DNA of 56,840 nt, counting the filler, from Squatina squatina (Eukaryota): the NCBI GenBank assembly GCA_031763465.1. It is 3 parts of 3 records of this genome, joined end to end, with 100 filler letters (N's around TTAATTAATTAA, not from the genome) between each part and the next. Parts side by side here need not be neighbours in the genome. Positions count along the whole stretch, not along the records: positions 18,415 to 38,869 come from JARFOE010000046.1; 2 more parts are not named here. The stretch is one strand, 5' to 3'. A program made the translations under genes and the position numbers. Under the pieces are notes generated by a model. It worked only from the letters and a program-made list of their open reading frames with translations, had not been told where the DNA came from and searched no databases. This document shows positions 24,413-37,024 of the stretch, one piece after another (positions within the stretch are counted from its first letter, which is position 1; each line of letters opens with the position of its first letter).

Positions 24413-24473
24413 TGGTGGATGGGATGCGAAGGGGGCAGTCAGGATCTCCAGTCACATTGCAGCTTCTGATTGG
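24413..24473 (-). promoter_or_regulatory. Conserved protocadherin promoter element, copy 2
   Basis: See 20301-20361. Lies 252-312 bp upstream of ATG 24161. Confidence 0.7.
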
Positions 24474-24952
24474 TGGTTTGAACATAATCACACCCACCCA
24501 ATCAGGTTTCTGACGATTTCTTAAAGCTAGAATGTCTCGGAAATATTGCGTCAATTTTGCATTTATGGTTGTGCAGTCAAAATACCAAAGTTTTCAAAAT
24601 TTGCCTAGATTATATTTCTCAGCTAATTTCTCATTTGATATGCATATCCAGCCGGCACGATTTGTGGAAAGCATCCAGAAGATCCTGAAATACTCTTGTT
24701 TTCGTATTAAAGGACGAGTAGTGATGAATTACCCAATGCAAGCTCAGTGTAGGAAACAACGTTTACAATGAAGGGGCTTATAATTTCGCTACACCGAACT
24801 CAGGGAGGAAATGTCTCCCCCTGTCCACATAGTAATTGCCTTACAACTTTAAAAGTTCTGCTCAAAACTAGAATTATACATATTAACTCCGAATTAATCT
24901 TGCTGTTGACAGCACCAATTAATTCTGCTGCATTTGTAATATTAAAATTCAT

Positions 24953-25490
24953 TCATAGAATCATAGCCTAGTGCAGCACAAAGGAGGCCATTCAGCCCAT
25001 CGAGACTTTGCTGGCTTCTCCGAAGAGCAATCAAGTTAGCCGACTCCACCACACTTTCTCCATATCCCTGCAATTCCTTTTCCTTCACATATGTATCCAT
25101 TTCTTCTTTGAAGGCTACTACTGAATCTGCTTCCACCACCCTATCAGGCAGTGCATTCCAAATCCTAACCATTGCTTGCATAAAAAAGATTTTCCTCATG
25201 TAGCCTCTGGTTCTTTTGCCAATCACCTTAAATCTGTGCCCTCTTGTTATCGACCATTTGAAACAGTTTCTCTTTATTTACTCTATCTAAACACATCATC
25301 ATTTTAAACTCCTCTATGAGATCTCCCATTCGTCTTTTCTGCTATAAGGAGAGAAACCTCAGCTTTTCCTGCCTATCGACGTAGCTGTATTCCCTCATGT
25401 TTGGAAGCATTCTAGTAAATCTCCTCTGTACGCTCTGCAAATCCTTATGTCCTTCCTAAAATGTGGCTCCCAGAATTGGACATAATGGCC
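24953..25490 (-). mobile_element. CR1 LINE 3' end
   Basis: IGKRTRGYMRKIFFMQAMVRIWNALPDRVVEADSVVAFKEEMDTY is the CR1 ORF2 C-terminus, followed by a 3' UTR ending in ctatgattctatg repeats. Confidence 0.85.
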
Positions 25491-26899
25491 TGGAATTACT
25501 GGTTGGTAGGCTGGCAAACTGGCATCGTTTGGCGTCATTCTGCCTCATAAAAAGGGCAGATCTTCAGGGTTTTGGTGCATACACAGGCAAATGTGGAGCT
25601 CCTGAAGTTGCAAACTGTCATTCAAAGCTCCAAAACATGCTGTGGTGCACCCCCAACACCCACAGAGCTGGTAAACTGTGTAATCACCTACATTAGGAAA
25701 ACTGTCAAAATCTATGGCTTTACGCAATAAGTACGCTGTTAAACTCCTCACTGAAGGTTAGACCCACAGTGATTAGCTGCAATTTGGGTTTTAACAGCGT
25801 TATTACTGGTATACAAATGATAAGGGCCTGAAAAACTGGTTTTAATTCTGTGCTGTCTTCAATTTGTCNNNNNNNNNNNNNNNNNNNNNNNNNNNNNNNN
25901 NNNNNNNNNNNNNNNNNNNNNNNNNNNNNNNNNNNNNNNNNNNNNNNNNNNNNNNNNNNNNNNNNNNNCTGCATGGCAGATTGTAATATGAGCGCACAAA
26001 TTTAAGGTCATGGCAGAAACAATTTAAAGGCGCTTAGAAACTATTTAATCGAAGAGGATAGTCTTAATATGGAATCCTCTGCAACAACCAGTTGCTGAAG
26101 TAGAGTTCGCACTATTTTGAAAGAGCATTACATGGTGTCTTGCAGATCCGGAATATTAAAGGTTATAGGGAGCGACCAGGAGAGTGGGAATATAACGACA
26201 TATCTCATGCAGAGGATGAGCCAGCACAGACTTGATAACTAAAATGATCTGCCTCCGCGCTGTAATGTTCTCTGTGAGTTAACTGGTAAATATGAGAGAA
26301 ACGTATGTTCAGCAGCCAAGCGATGAAGTTTAGGAGAACAGCACTGAGATGTATAAAATGGTAAATTGTACATATATAATAAACTCTGAATATTAACCGA
26401 CAATAATTCAGACTAGTAGGACAATGACATAATTGAAAATGTGTGAATCGGAAATTTAGAACAGAGATTTGAACCTTTTTTTTCCCAAAGAAAAATAAAT
26501 GTTTGCGTACTCTGTCTGTCAAATATGTTGAAGTAACACATTTAAGCGAGTTAAAATACAGTTTAATATTAGTCAGCGTGCGACAGTACTAGAGGGATGA
26601 GCATGACGTGCCGCTTGACATTTTTGTACTATTTGCTCGTTATTAGGTTGCACTTTATGTTGCGTCACGACTCTCATTACCTACGACAGAATAAATTGCG
26701 TTTGTATTGATTAATGTCACCATTACTTGTGTTAGTCTGATATGTGCGCAAACTATTGCAATGTTTAAAGCAGACCATATCTATAAGTTCAGGATTTTCC
26801 ATATGTCTCGTTACAGAACAATACTATACTAACCATTCACAATTGTCTGCAACAATTTGTTACCAAATACTATAAATTCATATAAATCATGAAGTGTTT

Positions 26900-27218
26900 T
26901 AATAGAGAAAATAAGAAGAAACTGTTTCTAGTGGCATAAGAGTCGGTAACAAGACTTCACTGATAAAGATAATTGGCAAAAGAACCCATGGGAGTTGAGG
27001 GGAAAAAATTACATCGTGAGTTATTACGATGTGGAATGCACTGCCTGAAAGTGTAGTGAAATCGATTCGATAGCAACAATCAAAAGGGAATTTCATAAAT
27101 GATTTCAGGGCAAAAATTGCAGAGTACTATGGGGAAAGAGCAGTGGAGTGAATAGTTGGATAGATCATTCAAAGATCCGGTGCGATCTTCTGTGTTGTGT
27201 CATTTTATGATCCCATGA
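26900..27218 (+). mobile_element. Degenerate CR1 LINE 3' end
   Basis: ataattggcaaaagaacc...tggaatgcactgcctgaaagtgtagtg...ctatggggaaagagcag, matching the copy at 24953-25490. Confidence 0.7.
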
Positions 27219-27637
27219 ATCGTAATGCACAATAGGAATTGCGTAATATTTTGACAGCAAGCCGAATTTTCAGATTTTAGTGAAGCTCCTTGGCGGTGAT
27301 GTACATCCTGACTTTGGTTTTCTTATTACAAGAGCTCAGGGAGGCTAGAGTCATTCAAATGTAAGTGATGAAATGTCAATTAATAACATTTTATATTCTG
27401 ATGGTAAGAGACTGCAGCAAGAACTGGCTAGGTAGTTCCTATGTAAATAAAAGTGACTTAGGATTTAATTAATTTCCTAGTTCAATGTATGAAATCGGGC
27501 AATATAAAATTGTGGTTACCCCGACTTAGTTGAAAAATACAACCTGACACTTTTAAATACGATCCCTAATACTGATAGGTTTAGTTATTATTATGAATAC
27601 AGTCATGGATTCTGAAACGGTTGAAAACACGTCTCAC

Positions 27638-29524
27638 CTCAGCGCATTCCATACTTTCCTTATTTGGAGAATTCTGCGTCTTTCCATTTTCTTGTGGGAC
27701 GCACGACCCCGTCTTGATGTTAATCATCGGCGCAGCAGGACCATGCAATTTTAGAAACATAAAATCATCCAGGGTCGGAGCTGGGCTTACTTCGTAGCGA
27801 AACGCTTGAGAGAAGGTGTCGCTGTCGTACATCCCAGGAAAATGTGGTGGTGATGGTGCCTGAAGATTCACTCCAGTCTGATGAATTCCATGCCCCGAAT
27901 CCTTCTGCATTAACGCGGGCCAAGAACTACTGTAATCATTCGTTCCGTTCCTGCCTTTGTGGACCTTAATTGCGAGGATTATGATAGCCATTAGAAAAAC
28001 TAACGAAATGGCGGCAAAGGAGATAATCAAGTAACGTCTTAAATCAGACGTCCACGGTTCGGAATCCACCAACATGCCGATAGTTGATGCATTCTCAGTG
28101 TTACTCTCCAACACTGCTAAGTTGATGCTGACACTGGATGAAAGGGGTGGTTTTCCATTGTCCCTGACCAAGATTACGAGTTTTTGCTTGGCTGAATCTT
28201 TGAATCCAAAACGGCGGATGGTCCAGACGTCTCCGGTCTCCGGGGATACAGTAAACAGGCTTTCATCAGTAGGCTGAAGAAGTTGATAGAAAAGTTGCGC
28301 GTTCTGCCCAGAATCTGCATCGGTGGCCGTGACCTTAGCAACGAAGTAACCCGGATCAGCAGATCTGGGCATCGTCTCCTCTGCTGCCGAACCTCTATTT
28401 GCCAAGGGTGATAGGATCACAGGTGCATTATCATTCTGATCTACGATGATCACATTCACTGTTACGTTGCCACTGAGCGGAGGGGAACCAGCATCCTTTA
28501 CTTGCACAGAAAGCTGAAAATTTTTCAGTTGTTCGTAATCAAACGAGCGGCGAGCAAATATCGCACCACTGGCTGAATTTATTGAGACGAAAGTGGACGC
28601 AGGCAAGCCACGCGGCAGGCTGTCCAAAATGGAATAAGATAGATTGGCATTTTCACCGAAATCTGGATCAAAGGCTGATACGGAACCAATAAAAGCACCA
28701 ATACGGTTATTCTCTGTCACATACATGGTGAAGAACGGTTGCGCAAAACGTGGCGAGTTGTCATTTATATCTGAGACTTGAATTCGGATAGTTTTGTGGT
28801 TAGTCTGCGTAGGGGAACCTCCATCCCTGCATGTGATTGTAATGTTGTACTCAGGCACTTTTTCACGGTCTATGTGACCGCCAAGCACCACTGTGTAGTA
28901 GTTATTGAAAGATTTTTCAAGATTAAATGGAATGTTTTTCGCGATGTAACAGTGAACGTTTCCCCTTTCTTCAGAATCCCGATCTATTGTTTTTAAAAGA
29001 GCTATTGGCGTTTTTAAAGGCGAGTCCTCTGGGATCGGACTGGAATCAGAAGTTATAGTTATTTCAGGGGCGTTATCATTAACATCCATAACCTTTATCA
29101 GGACTGTGCAGTACACTGGCACGGCATGTGGACCTCTGTCCGTAGCTTGTATCGAAATTTCATATCCATTTGCCTCTTCAAAGTCCACAATGCCAACGAC
29201 ACGAATTTCCCCATTTCGGGAATTTATCCGAAACAGGCGACGCACTCTCTCTGGAGTTCGATCGCTGAAAGAATAGACTATCTCACCGTTTAGGCCTTCA
29301 TCTGTGTCAATGGCGTTTATCTTCGCTATTAAATAACCGTGCGGTACGTTTTCTGCAGTAGTGATCTCATACACGGTCTGTTCAAATACGGGAACATTAT
29401 CGTTCAAATCAGATACACTGATGATAACTTCGGTGGTTCCGGATTTTTCAGGGGTCCCTCCATCAATTGCCGTCAGCGTTAACTGATGAGTTCCCTGCTG
29501 CTCTCGGTCGAGAGACCGTCGAAG
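27638..29524 (-). CDS. Clustered protocadherin variable exon E (mid-EC2 to cytoplasmic domain), different subfamily from A-D
   Basis: Open ORF LRRSLDREQQ...RSFDYEQ... with TM YLIISFAAISLVFLMAIIILAI, ending MECAE. Donor GAG|GTGAGA at 27638. Confidence 0.96.
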
Positions 29525-30051
29525 NNNNNNNNNNNNNNNNNNNNNNNNNNNNNNNNNNNNNNNNNNNNNNNNNNNNNNNNNNNNNNNNNNNNNNNNNNNN
29601 NNNNNNNNNNNNNNNNNNNNNNNNTGGGTCTCCCTTCTACCATTGAAGAAAGAGCTTTCAACCACTTTTTTGGAAATCCATCCCTAAACAACTCTGCCTC
29701 TTCATCGCTAAAAATCCATCTCTGACCAGACCTTTGGTCATTCTACCTAATCTTTCCCTTCCCAGTTTAGCGTCAGTTTCTTTGCACCTATTTGTCAAAC
29801 ACTGTGGGATGATTCATAACGTTAAAAGCACTACATAAATGTACGATATTGCTGGGCAGAATGGGGATCGGGGAATATTCAGTTACGGTTCCCATGGTGA
29901 TGGTGGTGATGTTGTCCAGCAAGCAGCCAACACCTTCAGAGGGAGAAAAAAAAGTTGAAAAAGGAAGACTAAAGTATTTGGGAAAGAAGGGGAAAGTAGG
30001 CAGGAATTTCTTTCTTGGATAAGACTACCCTTTTAAATGTAGATTACTTAC

Positions 30052-30207
30052 GCCTCTCAGTTTGGCTGACTGTCCAGTTTCTCTCAGCTCCATGAACTGG
30101 CAACACAAAGTATGGGTAGGTGTTGGGTGGGATGTCTTTGTCTACAATAGTTACATTGACAGGGGCAGAATTATGGTTACACACACGATATGTGGGAGCG
30201 GTGGCGA
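30052..30207 (-). other. Classical type-I cadherin (CDH1-like) EC5 exon fragment with its splice donor
   Basis: APTYRVCNHNSAPVNVTIVDKDIPPNTYPYFVLPVHGAERNWTVSQTER resembles E-cadherin EC5 ([44 protein letters not shown], recalled from memory). Phase-1 donor C|GTAAGT. Confidence 0.8.
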
Positions 30208-30405
30208 TGGGTGGATTATCATTGATGTCGAGAACCTCAACTTCCACACGATACAGCTTTAATGGATTTTCCATCACAGCCTCCAACATCAGTACACACG
30301 TGAGGCTTTGTTCACAAAGCTGTTCCCTGTCTAATTTCTCTTTTATGAACAACATTCCGGTGTTGAAATTGACGTCCAGATATTGCCTTTGTTGCTCCGA
30401 CACAA
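30208..30405 (-). CDS. Clustered protocadherin EC1 fragment F (possibly the 5' part of exon E)
   Basis: QYLDVNFNTGMLFIKEKLDREQLCEQSLTCVLMLEAVMENPLKLYRVEVEVLDINDNPP, with the C-X5-C motif. Confidence 0.88.
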
Positions 30406-30505
30406 NNNNNNNNNNNNNNNNNNNNNNNNNNNNNNNNNNNNNNNNNNNNNNNNNNNNNNNNNNNNNNNNNNNNNNNNNNNNNNNNNNNNNNNNNNNNNNN
30501 NNNNN

Positions 30506-31650
30506 GTCACATACATAGTGAATGAACGTTGCGTAAAGCGTGGCGCGTTGTCATTTACATCTGAGACTTGGACTTGGATGGTTTTCATGGTCGAGAGGGG
30601 AGGGGAGCCTGTATCTGTACAGGTAACAGTAATGTTGTACTCTGGCACCTTTTCACGATCTATATCACCATGGATGGCTAAAGTGTAGTAGTTATTAGAA
30701 GCGCTGTTCAGTTTAAAAGGGATATCTCTGGGGATGCTGCAATAAACATCAGCTGTATTTCTAGCGTCTCGGTCTATAACTCTGAAAACAGCTACTGCAG
30801 TATCCGGTGAAGCGTTTTCTGGGATCTTGCTCGATGTGGAAGTTGTTATTATTTCAGGAGAGTTATCGTTAACATCAGTAACCGTTAGCGAAACTTTACA
30901 GTATGCAGACAGTGGATATAAACCTCTGTCCTTAGCTTGTACCGAAATCTGATAATTTTCTAATTCATCGAAGTCCACGCTACCGGTGACTCTGATCTCC
31001 CCGGTTGTTGAATCTAAGCTAAATACTTCACGCACTTTATCAATATTGTGATCGCTGAAAGAATAGATTACCTCACCGTTTTGGCCTTCGTCTATATCCA
31101 CTGCAGTTACTTTCACAATCATAGTATCTTTGGACACATTTTCGGCAGTGGTGATTTGATAAACGTTCTGTTCGCAAACCGGAGCATTATCGTTCACATC
31201 AAGCACATTTATTATAACCTGGGCAGTTCCCAATTTCTTCGGGTTTCCGCCATCAAACGCCGTCAGCGTTAATCGGTGAGCCGGTTGTTGCTCTCGGTCT
31301 AGGGGCCGTTTCAACACGAGTTCTGGAGTGTCAGTATGTTCGCCGTCTGACTGTAATTTCAAAATGAAATGCTCGCTGGAGCTCAGTTGGTAGGAGCGAA
31401 CACTGTTGGTTCCTGCGTCCGGGTCCCGAGCGCTCTGAAGTGGGAAAATCGTTCCAGCCGGCATCAGTTCTGAGATTTCGAGGTTAACCTCGCTTCTCGG
31501 GAATATGGGCGAATGGTCATTGACGTCGAGAATTTCAACTTCAAAATGATATATCGTTGGCGAACTCTCAATCATAGCCTCTAACATCAATACACATGTG
31601 AGGCTTTGTTCACATAGGTCCTCTCTGTCTACTGTTTCTTTTATAAATAA
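30506..31650 (-). CDS. Clustered protocadherin variable exon G (mid-EC1 to start of EC5), 5'-truncated
   Basis: LFIKETVDREDLCEQSLTC...[18 protein letters not shown] is open. Homology stops at about 31650 without a gap, with an in-frame TAA just upstream. Same subfamily as E and F. Confidence 0.88.
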
Positions 31651-32256
31651 ACAAAATAGTTATCTTGACTCAGAATTTTCACAGCATGATATGTTAGAAT
31701 AATGGTGGGATGGGACGCTATCCACCCACTAGTTGCACCCTTGGCCCCATCACACTTTCAGGGTCAGGGGCATTTGTGTAAATCAAGCTATTTGTGCCTC
31801 CTTGCAAGTCGAAGAAACTGGTTGCAGAGCCATGCCATGTTGCAGCACCGAAGAGCTGGGTTTGCCAGCAGAAGATTTCAGAACTCCTGAATGAAATGGC
31901 TCGTTTCCAAATAGGCAACTGTAGTTCCCTATGGAAACCGATCACTCCGCAATCAATTACTGTTGGGAAACCAGTATTTTTAATTGTCATGGGCTCCACT
32001 TCTGCCAGGATCAGCTCTAGGCAAAGCATGTGAGCCATTGTTTCAGGGGCAGTTAAAGCGGGACTGATGGGAATTTGGCTGGTTGATGTCAGTCTTGCCT
32101 CTTTCACTCACACCCACACAGAAGGGAGCAGACACCAGAAGCACCTGCCCCACTGCNNNNNNNNNNNNNNNNNNNNNNNNNNNNNNNNNNNNNNNNNNNN
32201 NNNNNNNNNNNNNNNNNNNNNNNNNNNNNNNNNNNNNNNNNNNNNNNNNNNNNNNN

Positions 32257-33520
32257 GGTTTATTTTAGATGTTTTCAAAGGATCTGCAGAATTCAAATTT
32301 TGAAGACAGCAGCAATTCCCCAAAGGAGTGCTGCAACCGTGGACATTTTTTCTGCATTGGTAGCATTTGATGGCAGCGACGATAATTATGGACACAATGA
32401 ATAGAATGGAAATGGACCCTAAGATGATAATTAAGTAAAATGTTACGGCTGAATTGTGTTCTGCTTTTTCAGACAAGTCGCTGCTTTTAGGCAGAATTTC
32501 TGTAATGCTGTCCATTATTGAAAATATGATGGTAACTGTGGCTGAAAGCGGCGTTTGTCCGTTATCTTTCACAAGGATGAGAAGCGTTTGCTTAGGGGCG
32601 TCTCTGTCCCCGAAGCGCCGGGTTGTCCTTATTTCTCCTGTGTGTCGCGCGACGGTGAACAGAGTAGGATCTGTTGCCTGCAGTAGCTGATAGGAGAGCT
32701 TTGCATTTTGCCCAGAATCCGCATCTGTAGCAATGACTTTGGTCATTAATTGGCCCGGATCCACAGATTGCGGCACGGTCTGCAGGACAACTGATCCGTT
32801 ATTTGGCCTTGGGGACACAATGACAGGGACGTTATCATTCTGATCCAGGATAATCACATTTACTTTAGCAGTGCCACTGAGTGGTGGAAATCCTGCATCC
32901 TGAGCTTGGATCTGGATTTGGAAGTCTTTAAGTTGTTCGTAGTCAAAGGAGCGTAATGCGTAAACTTTGCCGTTATCCGAGTTGATAGAAACATAGGTTC
33001 TCGAAGGTAAGCCTTGGATCATGCTGTCTATGATAGAATACGACAAGTAGGCGTTTTGGTCCGAGTCGGGGTCCAGTGCTGTCACGGAGCAAACAGTAGC
33101 ACCCGGTGCATTGTTTTCCGTGACATATACTGTATAGGAAGGTTTCGAAAATCTTGGTGCGTTGTCATTCACGTCTGAAACCTTTAGAAATATAGACTTG
33201 TTGGTAGAAAGCGAAGGATAGCCCGAGTCGATGGCCGTGATTGTGATGTTGTACTCTGGTACTCTTTCACGATCCAGGAGGTCGGTGGTCACTAATGTGT
33301 AATAGTTCTTAAAGGACGATTGAAGTCTAAATGGGACGTCCTTAGAGACCTCACAGTTGATCTGCCCATTCTTTCCAGAATCTTGGTCTGTCACACTGAT
33401 GAGAGCAATTACTGTCCCGGCCATGGCATCTTCCATGACTGGGCTTGTCAGTGAAGTCAGGATAACTTCAGGTGCATTGTCATTTACATCAACTATATCT
33501 ACCAGAACTTTGCAATGCAC
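32257..33520 (-). CDS. Clustered protocadherin variable exon H (end of EC3 to partial cytoplasmic domain), gamma-like
   Basis: HCKVLVDIVDVNDNAPEVILTSL...LRSFDYEQ... with TM VTFYLIIILGSISILFIVSIIIVAAI. Both ends lie in gaps. Confidence 0.95.
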
Positions 33521-35110
33521 NNNNNNNNNNNNNNNNNNNNNNNNNNNNNNNNNNNNNNNNNNNNNNNNNNNNNNNNNNNNNNNNNNNNNNNNNNNNNNNN
33601 NNNNNNNNNNNNNNNNNNNNCACTATAGGGACAGCTTTCAGCTGTCTATGCCCTAAGCTCTGCAATAGCCTCTCTAAACCTCCCCCGCATCTCCATATCT
33701 CTCACCTCCTTTAAGATGCTCCTTAAAACTTTTTGACTAAGCTTTTAGCCACCCCTCCTAATATTCCTTCTTTGGCTCGGTTTTATCTACATAGAGCTTT
33801 GACAAGTTTATCTGCATTAAAGGTGCTATATCAATGTAAATTTTTGTTGCTGAATAAGAGCAGCAGATAGAACTTTGCTGATCAGCTCCAAGATGCTAAA
33901 TATGTTTCCTCACATAACTACCTATGGTGTGGCAAGTATAGGTGTACAGATATCAAGAATGAATAAAGAGCTACTAGAAAAGAGTACTTATCTGTGTGCA
34001 GAAAGCTGTGAACCTCTATGTTAAGTAGTGAAGTAGGTAGTCATTAATAAACACATACATGATAAAGATTGTCCTGATCACGTTTACTTACACATGCAAA
34101 AACAGAATACATCTGAAAATAGACTAAGCATAAAAGATTACATTAGATGTTATTGAGAAAGAAAGCCACCTTTGGTAACAAAAATGCATAGTTTGCCGCA
34201 GGTGATTGAAAAAAAGACGTATTTTTGTGATTACTGATGTAAAAAGTGTACAATANNNNNNNNNNNNNNNNNNNNNNNNNNNNNNNNNNNNNNNNNNNNN
34301 NNNNNNNNNNNNNNNNNNNNNNNNNNNNNNNNNNNNNNNNNNNNNNNNNNNNNNNAATGTGTTCTTTTTAATGGTTCTATTTTGCAAATTTTGAGGCAGA
34401 AATATTTTCTGGCTTCACGTAGCTGGAGTATGCTGAGCGATTACAGATTTGGCCGATAAATATTAAGCAGCAACAGTCTGACCGAGCTAAGTTGAGTAGC
34501 TGAAGCCAGTTTACTGTTCCATCCACATTCTGTTAGATACAGAGGGTTGTATTTTGCTCTGCATGTAAAGTTCAAGAAAATTCTTTCACGAAGTGTTCAA
34601 TGCTGTATAATAACAGTTTAGTAAGATCATTTGCTTCAACTTCAGATACAGAGGAAAATACATCCAACTGTCAGCTGTTTGAATACCATAAAAGAAACAG
34701 CAAACACATGCTGTTCTTCAATCCAAGTCACCATTTGTTGAGTCTTGGAGAAACTGCAGCCGCTAGTTTGGCATGACATGCATTGATTCAAGAACTGCTT
34801 AATTCAAATTCCTGTGGAATAAAACTGCTTATGCATTGGCACTGGAAATAACCACTGCTTAATACAGGTTTCAGATTTTGTGTACATTTGTTTTCTCTCA
34901 ATTCAGGTGAATTCTGATTGCTTCCCCAGCTGGTTATTTCAAGATTTAATCAATATTCACTAACGTCATGTATAATTTTTCACTTTAAACATGTAGCGTA
35001 CAATTAATCTNNNNNNNNNNNNNNNNNNNNNNNNNNNNNNNNNNNNNNNNNNNNNNNNNNNNNNNNNNNNNNNNNNNNNNNNNNNNNNNNNNNNNNNNNN
35101 NNNNNNNNNN

Positions 35111-35296
35111 TAAAAAAATAGATTATCTGGTCATTATCACATTACTATTTGTGGGATCTTGGTGCGCACAAGTTGGTTGCCACATTTCTTGCATGACAGC
35201 AAGGACTACATTTCAGAAGTGTTTAATTTGTTACAAAGTGCTTTGGGAAATCCTGAGTTCATGAAATGTGTTATATAACTGCAAGTCTTTCTTTCA
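35111..35296 (+). mobile_element. 3' part of a SacSINE1-type SINE
   Basis: gattatctggtcattatcacatt...tttgtgggatcttg...gtcctgag-like...tataactgcaagtctttctttc tail, similar to 11420-11549. Confidence 0.65.
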
Positions 35297-36769
35297 TATT
35301 AGTAACTTTAACCACCATGTGTAGATAGTGCCTGTACATAATTCTTTTATTATCTGCAGACTTAAAGAGGTGCATTGTTCTTTGATGCTATTTAACCATT
35401 TGAAAAGACAGTTTTTGTAAAAAGCAGAAGTGGAACTCAGTGTCTCAGATTGGTAGGTGAATCACGATTTTAAGCAGTGATCATTGTAAATGGGATAGAT
35501 TTCAGAGCACCTGAAGCCAAAATATCTTGCAGAACCACATCAAGCTGAAGCGATACTGCAATATAAATGGAACATTAGTCCGATGCAGTGTACTGGTAAA
35601 TTAAATACAGTGCAAATNNNNNNNNNNTATGCAGTCTTGGCACATTTTTGAAAAGTCACTGTGCTAATCAAAAGTGACAGTTTATGAAAGAAAAAATATG
35701 GAAATACAAAGGATCACTGAACAGGGCCAATGGTGAGATTAAAATGCCTCAGACAATTAAGAATACAATATATTGCTGTATGAAATTTATACCTCCCAAG
35801 AAATGGAAAGAGGATGATCATCCGTGATACGCGGTATATGAGAAGTTAAGGCGATGCAATGTATTATAAAATCACTGCATAAAAGTGAAATAAAATCAAC
35901 GACTTTGAAATCATGCTGTGGGATACTTGCATGGCTGCTTAACATATTCCTCTCAAATTCCTTTCTCTCCTATTCCAGAGGAGGCATTTCCTATATATTT
36001 TAGAGGCACCATTAAGTTATTTGTCTTAAACAGGTTATCACCTCCACTAAAATTGTGGTGAGATGCATTTCAGATAACCACATTAAGCGCCCATATTCTA
36101 AGTTCCAATTCCAAGGCCTATGTACTTTTGCTTCTTTTGACAATGCTCATCACGTCCATTCAGCAATTACTTTACTTGTAATTCCATTGACGCATTTCTG
36201 ACTTAATGTAACTACTCAGTCCATTTTTACTGTGCTGCTACTTGGTAATGAGAGATCATCAGCAACCTAGATTTCCAGATAACCTCTGAAATGTACACAC
36301 AGGGATTTGCATTTTGAGAATCTGTTTTTATTGTTTAGCTGACTGTTGTACAACATTACTAGCTGTAATCCTGCTGATTTTATGCCAGCAATTTTGACGC
36401 AGTAGAACAGAAGTGCATGAAAAGGCAAGGAAATTGGTCTATGCTTTAAAAATACATTCACGTTTCGCACTGGCACAGAACTAAATGCAGCATTTTGTGC
36501 TGCAGTATGAATTTGCTATTTCACATTGGCCCAAAAATTGCTGGCAAAACAACGGTGAGGCTAATTGTGCCAGCCCTTGTTTACGTGCAAATGTCACAGC
36601 AACTTCAGGTGAGGGCAGAAGATCAATTGACTGTGGAAATTGAAAGGTTGCGCTGCTTCACAATTAGCTTCACGAAAATGGCATCTTGCTGTCGGGCAAA
36701 CGCATTGAAGTTCCACTACCTGCATGGTAGATACGCTATAAACTCGCCGCAGGAAGTTATTTTATTTTT

Positions 36770-37024
36770 ATTATTCATTCATGGGATGTGGGCATTGCTG
36801 GCAAGACCAGCATTTATTGCCCATCCCTAACTGCCCTCGAGAAACTGGCAGTGAGCTGCCTTCTTGAACTGTTGCGCTCCGTCTGGTGAAGATACTCCCA
36901 CAGTGTTAAGGAGGGAGTTCCAGGATTTTGACTCAGCGATATTGAAGGAGCGGTGACATATTTCCAAGTCAATATGGTGTGTGACTTGGAGACGAATTTG
37001 GAGGAGATGGTGTTCCCATGCGCC
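36770..37024 (-). mobile_element. LINE 3' end
   Basis: RSFNIAESKSWNSLLNTVGVSSPDGAQQFKKAAHCQFLEG is an ORF2 C-terminus, followed by a short UTR and an aataa-type tail. Confidence 0.65.

Noticed and set aside
29625-29665. MVESSFFNGRRET as the N-terminus of exon E
   Set aside because: It derives from an L2-type repeat across a gap and is not a signal peptide.
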